A stretch of DNA of 64,000 bases from Octopus sinensis (GCF_006345805.1 NC_043015.1:39742001-39806000), one strand, 5' to 3'; counted from the first letter of the stretch, positions 1-13,947 are shown. Made by a program: numbers and translations. The notes: a model not told the origin generated them from the letters alone.

Positions 1-179
1 ATTCATTCATAGATTAACAGAAATTTGGAATTGAAATGATTTCTTGAATACAGCTGATGGAATAATTGTGTGCAATGAAGTAATTAGGGTGGGAAGAATA
101 TCGCAAAGTAATTTTGTATTTTTAATTGGAAATGGTTAAAACGGAAAACTGAATTAATTGTAACTTAATCATTATAACC

Positions 180-350
180 ACCACCAGCTCACCACCACCA
201 CCACCACCACCTCACCACCACCACCACCTCACCACCACCACCACCTCACCACCACCACCACCTCACCACCACCACCACCATCTCACCACCACCACCACCA
301 GTCCACACTCCCTAGCACCATCATCACCATCACAACCACCACCACCACTG
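180..350. repeat. (CCA)n-type repeat with recurring CCT-CAC-CAC units
   Basis: Directly visible. Confidence 0.9.
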
Positions 351-859
351 GCACCTTCTTAACCACGACCCAGGCTCTATTGCCACTCTACCCTACCCAC
401 CGCACATTATCCCCCCCCCCCGTGTTTTTCATCTGTTTTTCCATGTCTCAATCCTGTACATTATTACTTTATGATAAGAGGGGGGGGGGAAATTGAGAGG
501 GGGGAAGAGTAATAGAGTTACAAAGGGGACATGTGGCAGGGATCAGCCCATCACTGTTTTGCTAAGGAGGGAATTAACTCTGTAGCTCTGTCTTTGGCTT
601 TGGTTTTACACCCCACCTTCTCATTTCTCTCTCTACTTCAATCTGTGAAAGCTATGGGCAATGTCCCTTCCTGTTTTTTTTTTTTCCAGTTAAAGCACCT
701 GTTGTTTAACAGTCATCAGCTGTCCTCGCTGGATGCTGGTGAGGCTTTTCTGGTTTACTATCCCGGAACACAACAACTACACTTCAGACAAACCATTAGT
801 GTTTTTTTTTTAGGTTTGATTCTTTTTTTTATTAACAATGGGACCTTTAACTCTGCACT

Positions 860-1265
860 CACTCTCTCACACACACACACACACACTCTCATACTCACAC
901 ACTCTTACTTTCTGTTGCTTTCTCTTGCTCTCCTTTTCTCTCTTTGTCTCTCTCTCACTCTCTCCCTCTGTCTCTGTCTCCCTGTTTATCTCTCTGTGTC
1001 TGTCTCCCTCTATCTCTCCCGCCCACTGTCTCTCTCCTCTTCTCTTCACTCCTTTCTCTCCCTCCCTCTGTCTCTTTCTCTGTCTCTCTTTCCCTCACTC
1101 TGTCTCTCTCCTCTCTCTTCCCACTCCCACTGTCTCTCTCCTCTTCTCTCAACTCCTTTCTCTCCCTTTTCTCTCCCTCTCTCCTTCTGTCTCCTCTGTC
1201 TCTCTTCCCCTCCGTCTGTCTCTCCCCCTCTCCCTTCTCTTTTCTTCCTCCTCTCCCCTCCCTCG
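860..1265. repeat. About 400-bp (CA) then CT-rich polypyrimidine tract
   Basis: Directly visible. It generates the 531..1268, 838..1272, 944..1285 and 955..1281 ORFs. Confidence 0.92.
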
Positions 1266-1672
1266 TAATTAACATATACAATTAGCTCCGTTAACATAAT
1301 GTCCATCCAGTTGAACTGTAAACCATTTTCTGCTGTTACAACCAACCAGCCGTCCAACCGTCCAACCATCCAACCAGCCTTCGATGCTTCTTCGCAGTCT
1401 GGTTGCTATGGGATACGGGAGTATTAAGGAATGTAGTCAGCATCAAATTGTTATTGTTGAGATGCTGAATTGTTTTTTTTTCCCCTGAAAGAGGATTCCA
1501 GCCAGAATGCGGAATGGGTTGGGGGGGTGGAGTGTGTGTGCATGTGTGTGTGAGAGAGAAACAGCTGTGTGTGTGCTTGTGTGTGTGTGTGAGGGGGAGA
1601 GAGAGAGAGAGAGAGATGTCAAGCGGAAATCAAGTAATATAAACGGTGTATAGTGTTGTTGTTGTTGTTGTG

Positions 1673-1827
1673 TATTCTTTTATTCTTTTGCTTGTTTCAG
1701 TCATTTGACTGTGGCCATGCTGGAGGCACCACTTTTAGTTAAACAAATCGAACCCAGGGCTTATTCTTCGGTTGTCATGCGATGGTGGGGGAACAGTCAC
1801 AGACACACAGATACATACATACATACA

Positions 1828-1858
<31 letters not shown>

Positions 1859-2026
1859 GTATATATGATGGGCTTCTTTCAGTTTTCGTCTGCCAGATCC
1901 ACTCACAAGGCTTTGGTCGGCCTGAGGCTATAGTAGAAGACACTTTGCCAAGGTGCCACACAGTGGGATTGAACCTGGAACCATGTGGTTGGGAAGCAAG
2001 TTTCTTACCACATAGCCACTCCTGCA

Positions 2027-2028
<2 letters not shown>
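1673..2028 (-). mobile_element. tRNA-derived CORE-type SINE, family B (internal deletion)
   Basis: tRNA-like head, GGCACCTTGG(G)CAAG CORE-like box, internal microsatellite, tail CCAGCATGGCCACAGTCAAATGACTGAAAC. Confidence 0.8.
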
Positions 2029-2075
<47 letters not shown>

Positions 2076-2447
2076 TCACACACATATATATACAGAGACG
2101 TATGTTAATACATGTTTATATATATATAAAATAATGAGTTTATTGTCTACAATGCTCAGGTGCTCTACACTCATGATCTTCTGATTACATAGCAGTGAAT
2201 GAGTGTGTGTTTGTGTGCCTTTGTGGCTATGTATGTATATACAAGGAAACACAAGTGGAAGTGATAATTGTGTGTGTGTGCGCGCACAAGGAGGAAAAAG
2301 TGCAAGTCGTATAATTTCACCACACCCTCTATCAAGTGTGTATCTGTGTATATATATTATGTAAATTTGAGTATTTCTCCCAATTATGTCAACATTTGTT
2401 TGACTCCCAAAAAATGCTTTCCGGCTCCAAATCTTTTCAAAACTTTC

Positions 2448-2489
<42 letters not shown>

Positions 2490-4120
2490 CATAAAAAACT
2501 TCAGAGAAACTACAACTTAAAATCACACCCTTTTATGTATTTATTTAGGGTCCTTATTAAAGAAATTATTGTTGTTGTTATTATTAACTAACCCCTTGCC
2601 TCCTTCAGATTTCAAGCTTCCACCCTTTGTAAGAAATTGGATCACTTTCTATCTCAAAAGGATGAAGGCAAAGTTGACGATAAGGATATTGACAGAGTTC
2701 AAATCCTATCAAGGTCCACTTTGTGTCATCTGTAGAGATTCCCAGATGGTGTAAAGATGTGGTGGCCATATGTGAGATACATTTTCTGACAATCCACCTC
2801 TTTGACCGACTGCAGTTCTGGGGGGTCAAGTGAAAACCATGACTGGTAGTTTGGTGCCTGAAACATTGTCCGGCACACAGTTCCCTGTCTGTTGGACAAT
2901 GCTGCTAGTGGTAGATCAGCTGTTTTATGGAGGGTTTATGGTGGGTGAGATCATTTCTGTTCTTGCGGGTAACTGAGTATCTAAGAAAACAGAATGAACG
3001 GACTATTCCTATTGACTGTGGACAACTTAAAAAATTGCCTGATCGGGTGGAAATGGATGAAATCTACAAATGTATTTGTGTTGTTATTTGCAGTCCGTTT
3101 AGTGTCTTGGCATTGTAGACATGGATTTAATTAGATCAGCTGGATCCATTTTACATGCTACATTAGCTATCGACTGTCCTGTTGCAAGGACCACCACACA
3201 CCCACTCCTGGGAAGAGCCGGCAGTTTACCTCTGGTAGCCATAGCGAAAGAAAAGGTGCCATGCAAAAGACAGACATTTTCTTCTTCAAACAAATTCTCA
3301 TTGACTTGTTTGGTATTGTATGGGGACAGAGTGAAAGGGGGTGAAAACAGTGAGAATGGAGCTGCTCTCGGTAGGGACCTGTAAGGACAAAGAACTCAAC
3401 TAGTTGAGGGCACTTAATATTGAAAGTTAATCATGGATCTTGTAGGGTTCCTCGAATGTTCCTGGGTAGCAGCCCTCCTTTTCAGGAGCTCAATTCCATA
3501 TTTCTATATACCATTTGACTTCTGTGTATCCCTGCCTCCACCACATCTGAGTTTCACAGTTTTTGTCCTTGTAATGCCCCCCCCCCACCATTTAGTTGTG
3601 CCCTTGTGGCAATTTAAGGTGGGGTGTGCGGGATTACATGCTGTTGTTGCTGTAGTGATGGTGTCTACCAGTTTGTTGCTACGAAAAATTTTTCCGTTCT
3701 TCAATTTGGAATGTTTCTGATGTAAGAATTATACCAAAGACTTATTTTACAAAAGAACAACAAAATGGCAACAAATAGACAAAACACCAAAACAAAAAAA
3801 CGAAGTAAAAAAAAAACCGACAATGAAAGCAAACAGCTGAAGCAAATTGCAGTTGTGTAATAATGAAGTTTTGCACCTGTTTAATTGACAGTTAATTACA
3901 ATATTGCATCTGGTTGCCAGATGTGGGTTAATAATAACGAGTTAGAACTCTTCATTCCAAGCAATCTCCCGCATCTGAAATGATGGATCGCTGTTGGTGA
4001 TAGCATTTCCACTGGTAATTCTTTCGACTGGCAGCAACAGCAGCATCCCACATCATCTCTTTCTCTGTTTCAATCACAGCAGAGAAAAAAAAACACATCA
4101 GCATCTTCTTGAAATAACAA

Positions 4121-4489
4121 TAAAAGCTTTAGAAAAAAAAATGTTCATTGTGAAGGCTTCAGCTCTGTGGGTCTGCCTGCCTGCCTGCCTGTCTGTCTGC
4201 CTGCCTGTCTGTCTGTCTGTCTGTCTGTCTGCCTGCCTGTCTGTCTGTCTGTCTGTATGTATGTTTGTCTGTCTGTTTGTCTGTCTCTTCATCCATATTA
4301 TTGAGTAAAGCTTTAGAAAAAGAAATGTTCATTGTGAAGGCTTCAGCTCTGTGGATCTGTCTGTCTGCCTGTCTGTCTGCCTGCCTGTCTGTCTGCCTGC
4401 CTGCCTGTCTGTCTGTCTGCATGTCTGTCTGCCTGCCTGTCTGCCTGCCTGTCTGTCTGTCTGTCTCTCCATCCATATTGTTGAGTAAG
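4121..4489. repeat. Tandem duplication of an about 185-bp unit containing a (CCTG/TCTG)n microsatellite
   Basis: TAAA(A)GCTTTAGAAAA..TTCAGCTCTGTGG..CCATATT(A/G)TTGAG occurs twice. Confidence 0.88.
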
Positions 4490-4702
4490 GATGAGAGAGA
4501 GAGAGACAGAGTATGTGTGTGTGTGACTGTGACTGTGAAATGGTTCCCCCTCCACCCCCCTTCTGTCGATGCTGTCACTCAAATGCAACTGCTGTTCCTT
4601 GCTGTTTGGTCTTACCATTCCTGCAGACTAAACCACATTTCACATCAACCAAACACATGCAAAACGATTGCTATTTTACTTGACAGCAATTGTGGCTTTA
4701 CC

Positions 4703-4734
<32 letters not shown>

Positions 4735-5315
4735 ATTCTTTTAACATTTGATTTTGCACGTTGATGCTATTGTCTTGGTGGTAGCAAATGGGGACGGTCG
4801 TGGTGGTGGTCATGGCATTACAATGGTTTTGTATCAATGTTGTTGTAGCAATGGGGGGGGTGAGTTGTAGAAGAGAAGATTCTTAAAGGACAAATTATGT
4901 AGTGGTAGTCATGTTATGTACGGTAGGGGTGGTTTCTTAGTGTTGCAGTGGTGGTGGTGGTGGTGATACACCAGAATTACATATCCAAGGTTGATTTGAC
5001 CGATTCCTTATAATAATCCCCCCCCCTTCCATCCCCACCAATGACTTTTGAGTTTCTGCAGGAATTCAACCCAGGTCTACTACTACTGTTACTACTTCTA
5101 CTTGGAACAGCAAGCCATTCCTATCCATCCTTTGATGCCTATGTATAACTAGGAGTAAACAAGTGTGTGTGTGTGTGTATATATATATCATCATCATCAT
5201 CGTCATCATCATTTAACGTCTGGTCAGATGAAATTTGTTGAGATGGACTTTCAACAGCCGGATGCCTTTCCTGTTGCTAAACTATAAATCCCTCTTCTAC
5301 CCAACTACAACCATA

Positions 5316-5552
5316 TTAAGCTCCTCTTAGCATTCACCAGACAACTCTGTCAAATGCAATCCGTATTTATTCACATTGCCTTGAATCAATCACGCATTAT
5401 TTTGTTACTTCAAGGTTGTGAAGAGGAGATTGTTTATTTTAGGAGTGACATTGCAGGCTAGGTGTGAGAGGCTGGATCTGGTTGGTTTCAGCATAAAACA
5501 TGCAGAATATTTTGGTCAGATATAGGGGTCAGTTTAAATACTAAATGTTTAA
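5316..5552. mobile_element. Diverged piggyBac-type MITE, second family
   Basis: Colinear with 51997-52206. Decayed CCCTTTAGCATT/AATGCTAAAGGG-like ends with TTAA. Confidence 0.55.
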
Positions 5553-5875
5553 TCTCCTGTAGTCATTCAGCTATCATATGTATCATTTCAATGTGACCCT
5601 GGATTGGTAACTCTAGCGCCCTCTGGTGACTACAATCCCTACAAATATTGTGTTTTAGAGTCAATTATAGCTGTTTTATAGTAACAACAACATCGATTTG
5701 TTGGAGTCATACTTTTCCTAAGACAGAGTGAAAGATACAACTATGGTTTGGGTTTGATGGGTTTGTCTGTCTTTAACTGTATTTATACTGGGTCGTGTGT
5801 CAAGGTGGACATGTCATGATGATTGTTCTTCACAGCGGCCCCTCTCCTATCACCAATGCATTGATATAGTATACC

Positions 5876-6108
5876 TATTTCTTTATTACCCACAAGGGGC
5901 TAAACATAGAGGGGACAAACAAGGACAGACAAACGGAGTAAGTCGATTACATCGACCCCAATGCGTAACTGGTACTTAATTTATCGACCCCGAAAGGACG
6001 AAAGGCAAAGTCGACCTTGGCGGAATTTGAACTCAGAACGCAGCGGCAGACGAAATACGGCTACGCATTTCACCCAGCTTCCTAACGTTTCTGTCAGCTC
6101 GCCGCCTT
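5876..6108 (-). mobile_element. tRNA-derived SINE family C (tail type 1) with 12-bp TSD
   Basis: Head GGCGGCGAGCTG..GTTCTGAGTTCAAATTCC, central CCTTTCG..GGGGTCGATAAATTAAGTACCAG. ATATAGTATACC repeated at 5864-5875 and 6109-6120. Confidence 0.88.
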
Positions 6109-7741
6109 ATATAGTATACCATTGGCAACCACTCTCCTGTGACCTCTACAGTGATGCACCAGAGACAACCACTTCACTACTACTGGTCTTGTGGCAACCA
6201 ATGCACAATTTAAATAAATATACACTCCTCTTTCACATTAACTTAGACTTGAAAAATTTTGTTGTCAGACGAAATGTTTATATGTCACTTGTGTACATGT
6301 GTATGTGTACATGTATGTGTGAAGCATATGCATAGTATGTGTGTGTGTGTTTGGTATATATGTAGTATAAGTGTACATGATAAATATGTACATTTAAAAA
6401 GAACTCGTCCCTTTCCCTACCCCAGCTAATCTAAACCTATTACTAACCATTACTAACAAGTTAAATGACCTATTAATGTCAACCCGTTTTTTTATAATGA
6501 TAATAATAATAATAATAATCCTTCTGCCAGCAACACTTTAACCCTCCCCCCCCCCTCTGTTGTTGTTTCAAAGAGCTGGGCTATCAAAACTCTTCATCTT
6601 GACAAGGTTTTTTGTTGAAGTGGCTCAGATGGTGCAGTGCTAGGCATAATAATTGCATTGCAGTATTTACTTATAACACTGGACGTTCTGAGTTCATGTC
6701 TTGAGTGAGGTTGATAAGTACCAGCAGGGCCGGCCGGCCCTAAGGTTGCTGATGCCCTGGGCAAGCTGCACTTCAGTATGTACAAGCCGGCAGCCAGGGA
6801 AATTTCCTTGTCTTTGTCACGCCCTCCTTGGTGCCTCAGGCTACTGTCCGAGTTGCCAGTACCTTGAGTCGGCACCGGTACCAGTCATGAATTGGGGTTG
6901 ATTTCACTATTTTCCTTGTGTGTGTGTGTGTGTGTGGTGTGTGTGTGTGTTATAGTGAACATTCTGGTGAAGAGAATATAATTTCTTTTACCACCTCCAC
7001 CACCCCACTCCAACCTCCACCACCCACTCCCACTTCCACCACCCCACCCCACCCACACCCAACCCATCACCATTTTTCCAGTTGTTTTCACTGTTCTGCA
7101 GTCAATTCCAGACTCACCCCTATATTCTGGATTCACTCACAGACTTTCTCAAACTTCCATCGTTACCAGAATCCTGGTACTTTCCAGCTAAATCTGTTCC
7201 ACCCATTAAACAAACACAAAAGAACTAACCCTTCCTCTACTTCCATCCATTCATCTCCCCCACCCCCAATCCTCCCCCCACCTCTCTCTCGGGGGGGCCC
7301 CTCGCCGTCCCTGCTGGGGAAATAGATTTAACACCAGTTGGTAGCCAACATTCCACTTCCTATAGTCTGTTAGGGTTGGAACTCTAATAACAGTGGAATA
7401 GACAAGTAGCACCAGATTTCTCCTCCTTCATGATAAAACCCCCTAAGGGATGATTCATAATTAGAACCTGCGTCTGAAAATTAAAAATAAAGAAAATAGA
7501 ATTATCATAATAAAGTTGTGTAATGTAGTTTTTGTTTTGTTGTTTTGGGTTTTTTTTTTGCAGATAATTCTTTTTCTATACGTGTGTATTGAATGGGTAT
7601 ATTTTAACTTTTTCAGTGCCACAGCCCTGTTTCTACTATATTCTGTCTTGCATTTTAATATGAGAAAGATGAGAGGAAATATCATTAGACATAAAGAGTG
7701 AGACATCAGTGACTGTTTTGGTTAATTTCCTTATTTAACAC

Positions 7742-8020
7742 TAGCATCGCCTCACTGGCACCTGTGCCAGTGGCATGTGTAAAAGATTCGAGCAAGGTCG
7801 TTGCCAGTACCCCCTGACTGGCACTTGCATTGGTGGCATGTAAAAAGCACCCACTACACTCTCGGAGTGGTTTGCGTTAGGAAGGGCATCCAGCTGTAGA
7901 AACTCTGCCAGATCAAGATTGGGGCCTGGTGCGGCTGTCTGGTTCACCAGCCCTCAGTCAAAATCGTCCAACCCATGCTAGCATGGAAAACGGACGTTAA
8001 ACGATGATGATGAGGATGAT
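7742..8020 (+). mobile_element. RTE LINE 3' tail copy
   Basis: TAGGAAGGGCATCCAGCTGTAGAAAC...CCAACCCATGCTAGCATGGAAAACGGACGTTAAAC(GAT)n, same as the tail at 29144-29400. Confidence 0.85.
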
Positions 8021-8743
8021 CGTCATCATCCGTAATAAAGATAAGATGTAGGAGTGAGGCGATACAGGACTGTATGGGCCATCCTAGTGGTGCCGGGTTT
8101 TCAAGAACTGACAGAATTGATCAGCAAAGACCACAGTAAAACTACTGTTGCTACTGCTACCGGTCAACCATTCCTTGTCATTTTGTTTCGACGATGCCAG
8201 GAAAGATGACAGTTTCGGTGAGGCTGTCTCTTTTAGAAATATCTGTCCTGCCATTCTTCCCATTCCGCTCTCATCTTTTGCTAATGCTGTCGCTCTAACT
8301 AAACACCGTCTTGAGAAGAGGCTGTCAGTTCACACATCGTCACCCGCCTCCATCCCATTCCCTGGTTTAAACAGGTTTCACTAAACCTGCTTCTTTCAGT
8401 TTTCCTCGCATCTGACAATTTGTTGTGAAACTGCAAAATTAAAAGAAAATATTTTGTGTTTCCATGACAGCCTTCTTCACTGGGAAAATAAGTTTGGAAT
8501 TGAAGACGCCATTATTTGGGTTGTACTGGCAGAGTTAAAGAGTGTTAACAGTCCATTCACCTTTTTTTTTTTTTTTTCTTAACAGAGGGGATAAAAGTGA
8601 TAAGTTTGTAATGGGGGATAGGGGCTGCTCTAGTTTGAAGCCTTTTTATGGGATTATTACTCTGATCTCACTTCTTCTAAATGGAGTGTTTTGAAATGGT
8701 GGTGGGAGATATTTCACAGCCCAAACTCTTGGAGATATTCTGT

Positions 8744-9115
8744 TATTCTCTTACTGGTTTCAGTCATTTGACTGTGGCCATGCTGGAGCACCACCTTTAG
8801 TCGAGCAAATTGACACCAGGACTTATTCTTTGTAAGCCTACTACTTATTCTATCGGTCTCTTTTGCCAAACCTCTAAGTTACGGGCATGTAAACACACCA
8901 GCATCGGTTGTTAAGTGATGGTGGGGGGGGGACAAACACACACACACATATACAGCAGGCTTCTTTCAGTTTCCAACGACCAAATCCACTCACAAGGCTT
9001 TGGTCGGCCTGAGGCTATAGTAAAAGACACTCGCCCAAAGTGCCACGCAGTAGGACTGAACCCGGAACCATGTGGTTGGTAAGCAAGCTACTTACCAAAC
9101 CTCCACTCCTGCGCC
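8744..9115 (-). mobile_element. SINE family B, full length
   Basis: Same head/CORE-like/tail organisation. Confidence 0.85.
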
Positions 9116-10479
9116 TATATCAACATTTGCAGAATTATCCAACCCGGCATAGGCATGTAGCTTGGGAAAAGAAGTTACAGCTGGTCCTGCCACTAAGAAC
9201 CAATAGGTTGATGGTTTGTGGTGGTTCCAGAAGAACAGTGCTTTCAGCTTGGAACCCTGTTCTGAATGGAATATAAACTGGTCTACCAAAACTTGCTCTT
9301 GTCACAATCCTACTCTTCGAACCATCAGGTCAAACAAATCACCCCTGGTCACTACTTTGACCAAGTCCCCTTGACCATGTTCTCCTCAGGAGTTTCAAAT
9401 CTCAAATCAGTTTGAGTAGAAACCATTTCAACAGGGATTACATCATTGGATCCCTATTGAGGAGGGGACTGGGAACCTTAAGAATTTCTATTGGGGCCAC
9501 CACTACCACCATCTCCACAGCAACAACATAGTCCTTATATTCCTGCCCACAGAACACTGTGTCCAAAACTCTTAAATCGCTCAGTTCACCTTTCATAGTA
9601 ATAGGCACCATGATGAGGTACAGTGAGGTAACCACATGCTTCCCTGCAATCATATTACCATGGTGACTTCACATCCTCCTCTGGGTCGATGTTGTGTGTG
9701 TGGGGGGAACAGTCAACAGGATTAAAGACTATTGTTTAATGACTAATGATGGATATATCTGACTGGAAGAAATCATACTTCATTTTCTTAAGAATTATTT
9801 TCTCTAAATTTGACATCTGTTTAACCATGATATAATATATACTGGTGGTAATGGTGGCGGTGGCGGCGCACCTGGTAATTGTAGTGGTAGTAGTGAGAGT
9901 AGTTGTAGAGGTAATTGTGGTAGTGTGGAGTTAGTAGTAATGAGAAATTTGACAGACTAGAAACAGGTGTTTCCTCTGCGCGTGTGTGTGTGTGTATGTG
10001 TGTGTGTGTGTATGTATACACAGATATATATGAGCGTGTATATACTCAAAAATATGCATACATAAGCATCCACATGTATGTATGTGTGTGTTTATGTACT
10101 CACACACACACACACACACACACATACTCTCACATGTGAGTATACATAAAATGTCTGTGTATATTTTATATATAAATTGTGTGTGTGTGTATACACAAGT
10201 TTTGAACCCTCAGTGGATCCCTCAGTTCCTTGATGAAATTGTAGGGGCATTGTTGTGGCATAGTTGCAAGTCTTGCATTTGTTTTGATGTAGTGGAGGTC
10301 ATCCATTTCCAGGTCTGACTACAGATTGCAAAAGAAAATGTGAGAGGGAGAAGATTCAACTCCAGTTCAGAAATGTTTCTTCAGTCACCAAACCCGAATG
10401 GCTGAAAGGCAGTAGGAGCCCTTATGGCGAAGGGAGCCATCTAAAACAACCCTATCAATTGACTGCTTATATATATACA

Positions 10480-10854
10480 CTAGCAGTATTGCCCAGTGTT
10501 GCTCGGGTTTGTTTCGACCCTTTAGAATTGGAATTTTTGAAAAGTAAAACTTTTGCATTATGTAGCTTGTTATTCTCTTTAAGTGAACATTTTTCTGGTT
10601 GAAATACACTGAAAAATGGCGACACAGCAGTCCAAAAATTGTAAATAAAATAGGGATTTTCATAGAAAAAAAGCACCTTTTTGATGTAAATAATTTTTGG
10701 TGTTAATATCTTGTACGGAAGGAAGAGCAAGCCTTCTTCTATCATACTCTCAATTTTGGTCAACTTGCGCCGCAGGGTCTCGGAGGAGATAGTGTTAATT
10801 GAAGGCTACCAAACCTGCCATACACAGACAACTTCAGCTTTATATAGAGAGAGA
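10480..10854 (-). mobile_element. Non-autonomous Helitron, family 1
   Basis: On the minus strand A|TC...CCCGAGCAACACTGGGC hairpin..CTAG|T. Reverse complement of 36591-36959. Confidence 0.8.
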
Positions 10855-11181
10855 TATCTCATCATCATCATCATTTAACGTCCGCTTTCCATGCTACCAT
10901 ATATATGTATGTGCATGTGTGTGTGTGTGTGCAAGTATGTATGTATCTGTATAGGATGTATCTTTATATGTATGTATACATATATGTATATATATATGTG
11001 TGTGTGTGTATGTGTGTGTGTGTGTGTGTGTGTGCTGCATGTATGCACAAAAAGTAGACAGAAGTTAAAAATAGTTGAAGATAGTATTTTCCAGATGGTG
11101 ACTTCCGAATGGGTGGGGCATAAAAAGTCAAATAGAGAAAGAATCACTTGAAGTCACCACAAATACACACACGCACACACT

Positions 11182-11216
<35 letters not shown>

Positions 11217-11694
11217 CTCTTTCTCCCTAGATTTGAAGTTATCTGGCTGATGGCCCCCAGCAACTGTATAAGTTACTGTGGATATCAACACTAAAGGCAT
11301 AAAGTCATTTAATTTAACCTTCACTTCCACAAAATGAATAAACACATTCACAAGTGATAGTGGGGGGATCATTCTATAATGTAACCTCCTCCCCCACCAA
11401 CACTCAGTACGTGTGTCTCATCGTTTCAGCCAACTTTTTTGAGGTTAAATTTGTGTTTTAGTAAGGGAAGCAACTCTGCATAGTTTTATAGAATTAAGGG
11501 AAGATAACCACTGATTGAGTGCTGGCTGTTATGTTGTGGGATCCGATTATACAGAACGGGGCCGTTTCTTCGTCGCAAATATTTTACTTCACTTTCTGCC
11601 AGTCGCTATGGTTTGGCAAATACATTAAGATCACAAATTCTCGCTTTCGTATCTGTCTAAGAAGCCAACTTTCATGCAACATTATTTGTTTCTT

Positions 11695-11962
11695 CATCAT
11701 CATCATCATCGTCGTCGCTTAACGTCCGCTTTCCGCGCTAGCACGGGTTGGACGGTTCGACCGCGGTCCGGGAAGCCAGGAGGCTGCACCAGGCTCCTGT
11801 CTGATATTGCAGAGTTTCTACAGCTGAATGCCCATCCTAACGCCAACCACTCCGTGAGTGTAGTGGGTCCTTTTTACGTGCCACTGGCACAGGTGCCAGG
11901 GGAGGCTGACAGCTGGCACGAACGGTTGGTGTTTTTTACGTGCCACCGGCACAGAAGCCAGT
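11695..11962 (-). mobile_element. RTE LINE 3' tail copy
   Basis: Reverse complement of the same tail, with (CAT)n at the left end. Confidence 0.85.
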
Positions 11963-12697
11963 CCCTTTAAAAAATCCCTTCTTTGAAAATAACTGGAATT
12001 ATTAAAGACTAAATTATTTGAAAAATTACCCTAGATTTTAATCTTGCTTCTACCAGTTCCCCATTATAATGCTTGGCTCAGTCTATCTGGCTAAAAATTG
12101 GTACCATGTTGTAACTGTTGTGTTTTGTTCATTTCTACCTTCGTCTGTTCGTCTGACTAAAATTACTCTCTTCTCTGGCGCCAGGGCGATTTTCAGCTGT
12201 AATAGATTCTGTTTAAATATTTAGTTCCATAACTCTTGTGAAAATATTGACATTCATAGGACCATGCATTTTACGTTATTAGTCTTTGTGAATTGGTATT
12301 TAATAAAACTGTTAGATTTAGTGAATAAACAAGGTTTGGCTTGAGTTCATACCTAATTATATATTAGGGAAATATTTTTTAAAAAAACATGTAAAACAAA
12401 GCTGCCATAAACATCATCATCATCATCATTGTCATCACCACTAACATCTTTAATAGCATCTTCATCACCACCACCATTGTAATCAACAACAGCATCATCA
12501 TTATCATCATATTTCTATGCTGCCCTAGTTTCAACAGGTGTATATATTGACTTTCCACTGTGATAACTTGGGCTGTAATTCTCAGTCGCAAAGGGACTTG
12601 GCCCTTGGTTGCCTGAAGCGGAGTCCACTGACATTTGGACCAGGTTCATGGTTGATGGTTATTTCCTTTCCTCCGTCTCTCATTGTCATCGATTGGT

Positions 12698-12885
12698 GGA
12701 AGCACATGGCTTAGTGGTTAGGGTGTTGGACTTGTGATCATAAGATTGTGGTTTTGATTCCTGGAATGGGCAACGTGTTGCATTCTTGAGCAAGACACTT
12801 CATTTCACATTGCTCCAGTCCTCTCAGCTGGCGAAAATGAGGAATCCCGTGACTGACTGATGCCACGTCCAAGCATGGAATATAT
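12698..12885 (+). mobile_element. tRNA-derived CORE-type SINE, family D
   Basis: A box TGGCTTAGTGG, B-box-like GGTTTTGATTCC, CORE-like CTTGAGCAAGACACTTCATTTCACATTGCTCCAGTCC. Confidence 0.65.
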
Positions 12886-13438
12886 ACATCTCAAAAACTG
12901 GGGAACCATTCCTGTGAGTCTTTATGATTCGGAAAGGAACTTTATCCTTATCCTATCCCACCCTGTCACAATACTTGGAGGCCATGATAGTGAAAGGTCT
13001 TGGATGGTGCTGTTTCGCCTAATGGTTTCAGGTAATCTATCAAGAAATTCTGTCAGGCATCGGTTTATGAAATGGTAAATCCTTGACATTGGAATAAAGA
13101 TTCTACTCTATTTACTCTAAATTCTTCAAATCATCTGGCTCTTTCAAAACCATTTCTAACGATTTTATCTTGTTTTCCTGCATATAAGGCCATGTGGTTA
13201 CACCAGATTATCACACACACACATGCGCATATCCTATCTCCCCCCCTCTCATGTGCTCCATATTCTATAAATCTGATGATTAAAATGAAAGTTGGTTTCT
13301 TATACACTATGACAAGAGTAAAAATACTTTGAAATCTCATGTGATAACACCACTGCCTCAACCTGGTTTATCACATAGGTTTATCACGACAGAGGGTATT
13401 GCATGAAGTGATCATATCAGGGTATATTGTATGGAGTG

Positions 13439-13724
13439 GCCGATGCCAGCGCCGCCTTGACTGGCTTCTGTGCCGGTGTCACATAAAAAGTACCAACCGA
13501 TCGTGATTGCTGCCAGCCTCCCCTGGCACCTGTGCCAGTGGCACGTAAAAAGCACCCACTACACTCATGGAGTGGTTGGCGTTAGGAAGGGTATCCAGCT
13601 GTAGAAACACTGCCAGATCAGACTGAAGCCTGATGCAGCCTTCTGGCTTCCCAGACCCCGGTCGAACCGTCCAACACATACTAGCATGGAAAATGGACGT
13701 TAAACGATGATGATGATGATGATG
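13439..13724 (+). mobile_element. RTE LINE 3' tail copy
   Basis: Same motifs, ending in (GAT)n. Confidence 0.85.
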
Positions 13725-13947
13725 AAGGAATGCTGAAAAGTCCCTGGTTTTAAGGGTATCGTGAGAGGCCTGGTTGAAAGTCCAACCTTCCGAGTTCTTC
13801 TACAGGGCTTAGGAAAACTGAAGGACTACAGCAATAAGTGTGTGAGTCTGAGAGGGGAATATATTGAATAAAATCATAATTAACTGATCCTCCTGTATTT
13901 TCTCTTACCCAAAGCCAGGAACTTTTATATTTTTGCATGCGTGTGTA

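Noticed and set aside
531-1369. Several 60-245 aa ORFs on both strands
   Set aside because: They are translations of CT/CA simple repeats (LSLS, ERER) with no splice or homology support.
2750-2800. DVVAICEIHF, like an APE ..QETH motif
   Set aside because: Too short and surrounded by stops. Unsupported without a search.
12698-12775. tRNA-like A/B boxes here and in other SINE heads
   Set aside because: They are SINE 5' regions continuing into CORE/central domains and do not fold as full cloverleaves. No true tRNA gene is called.
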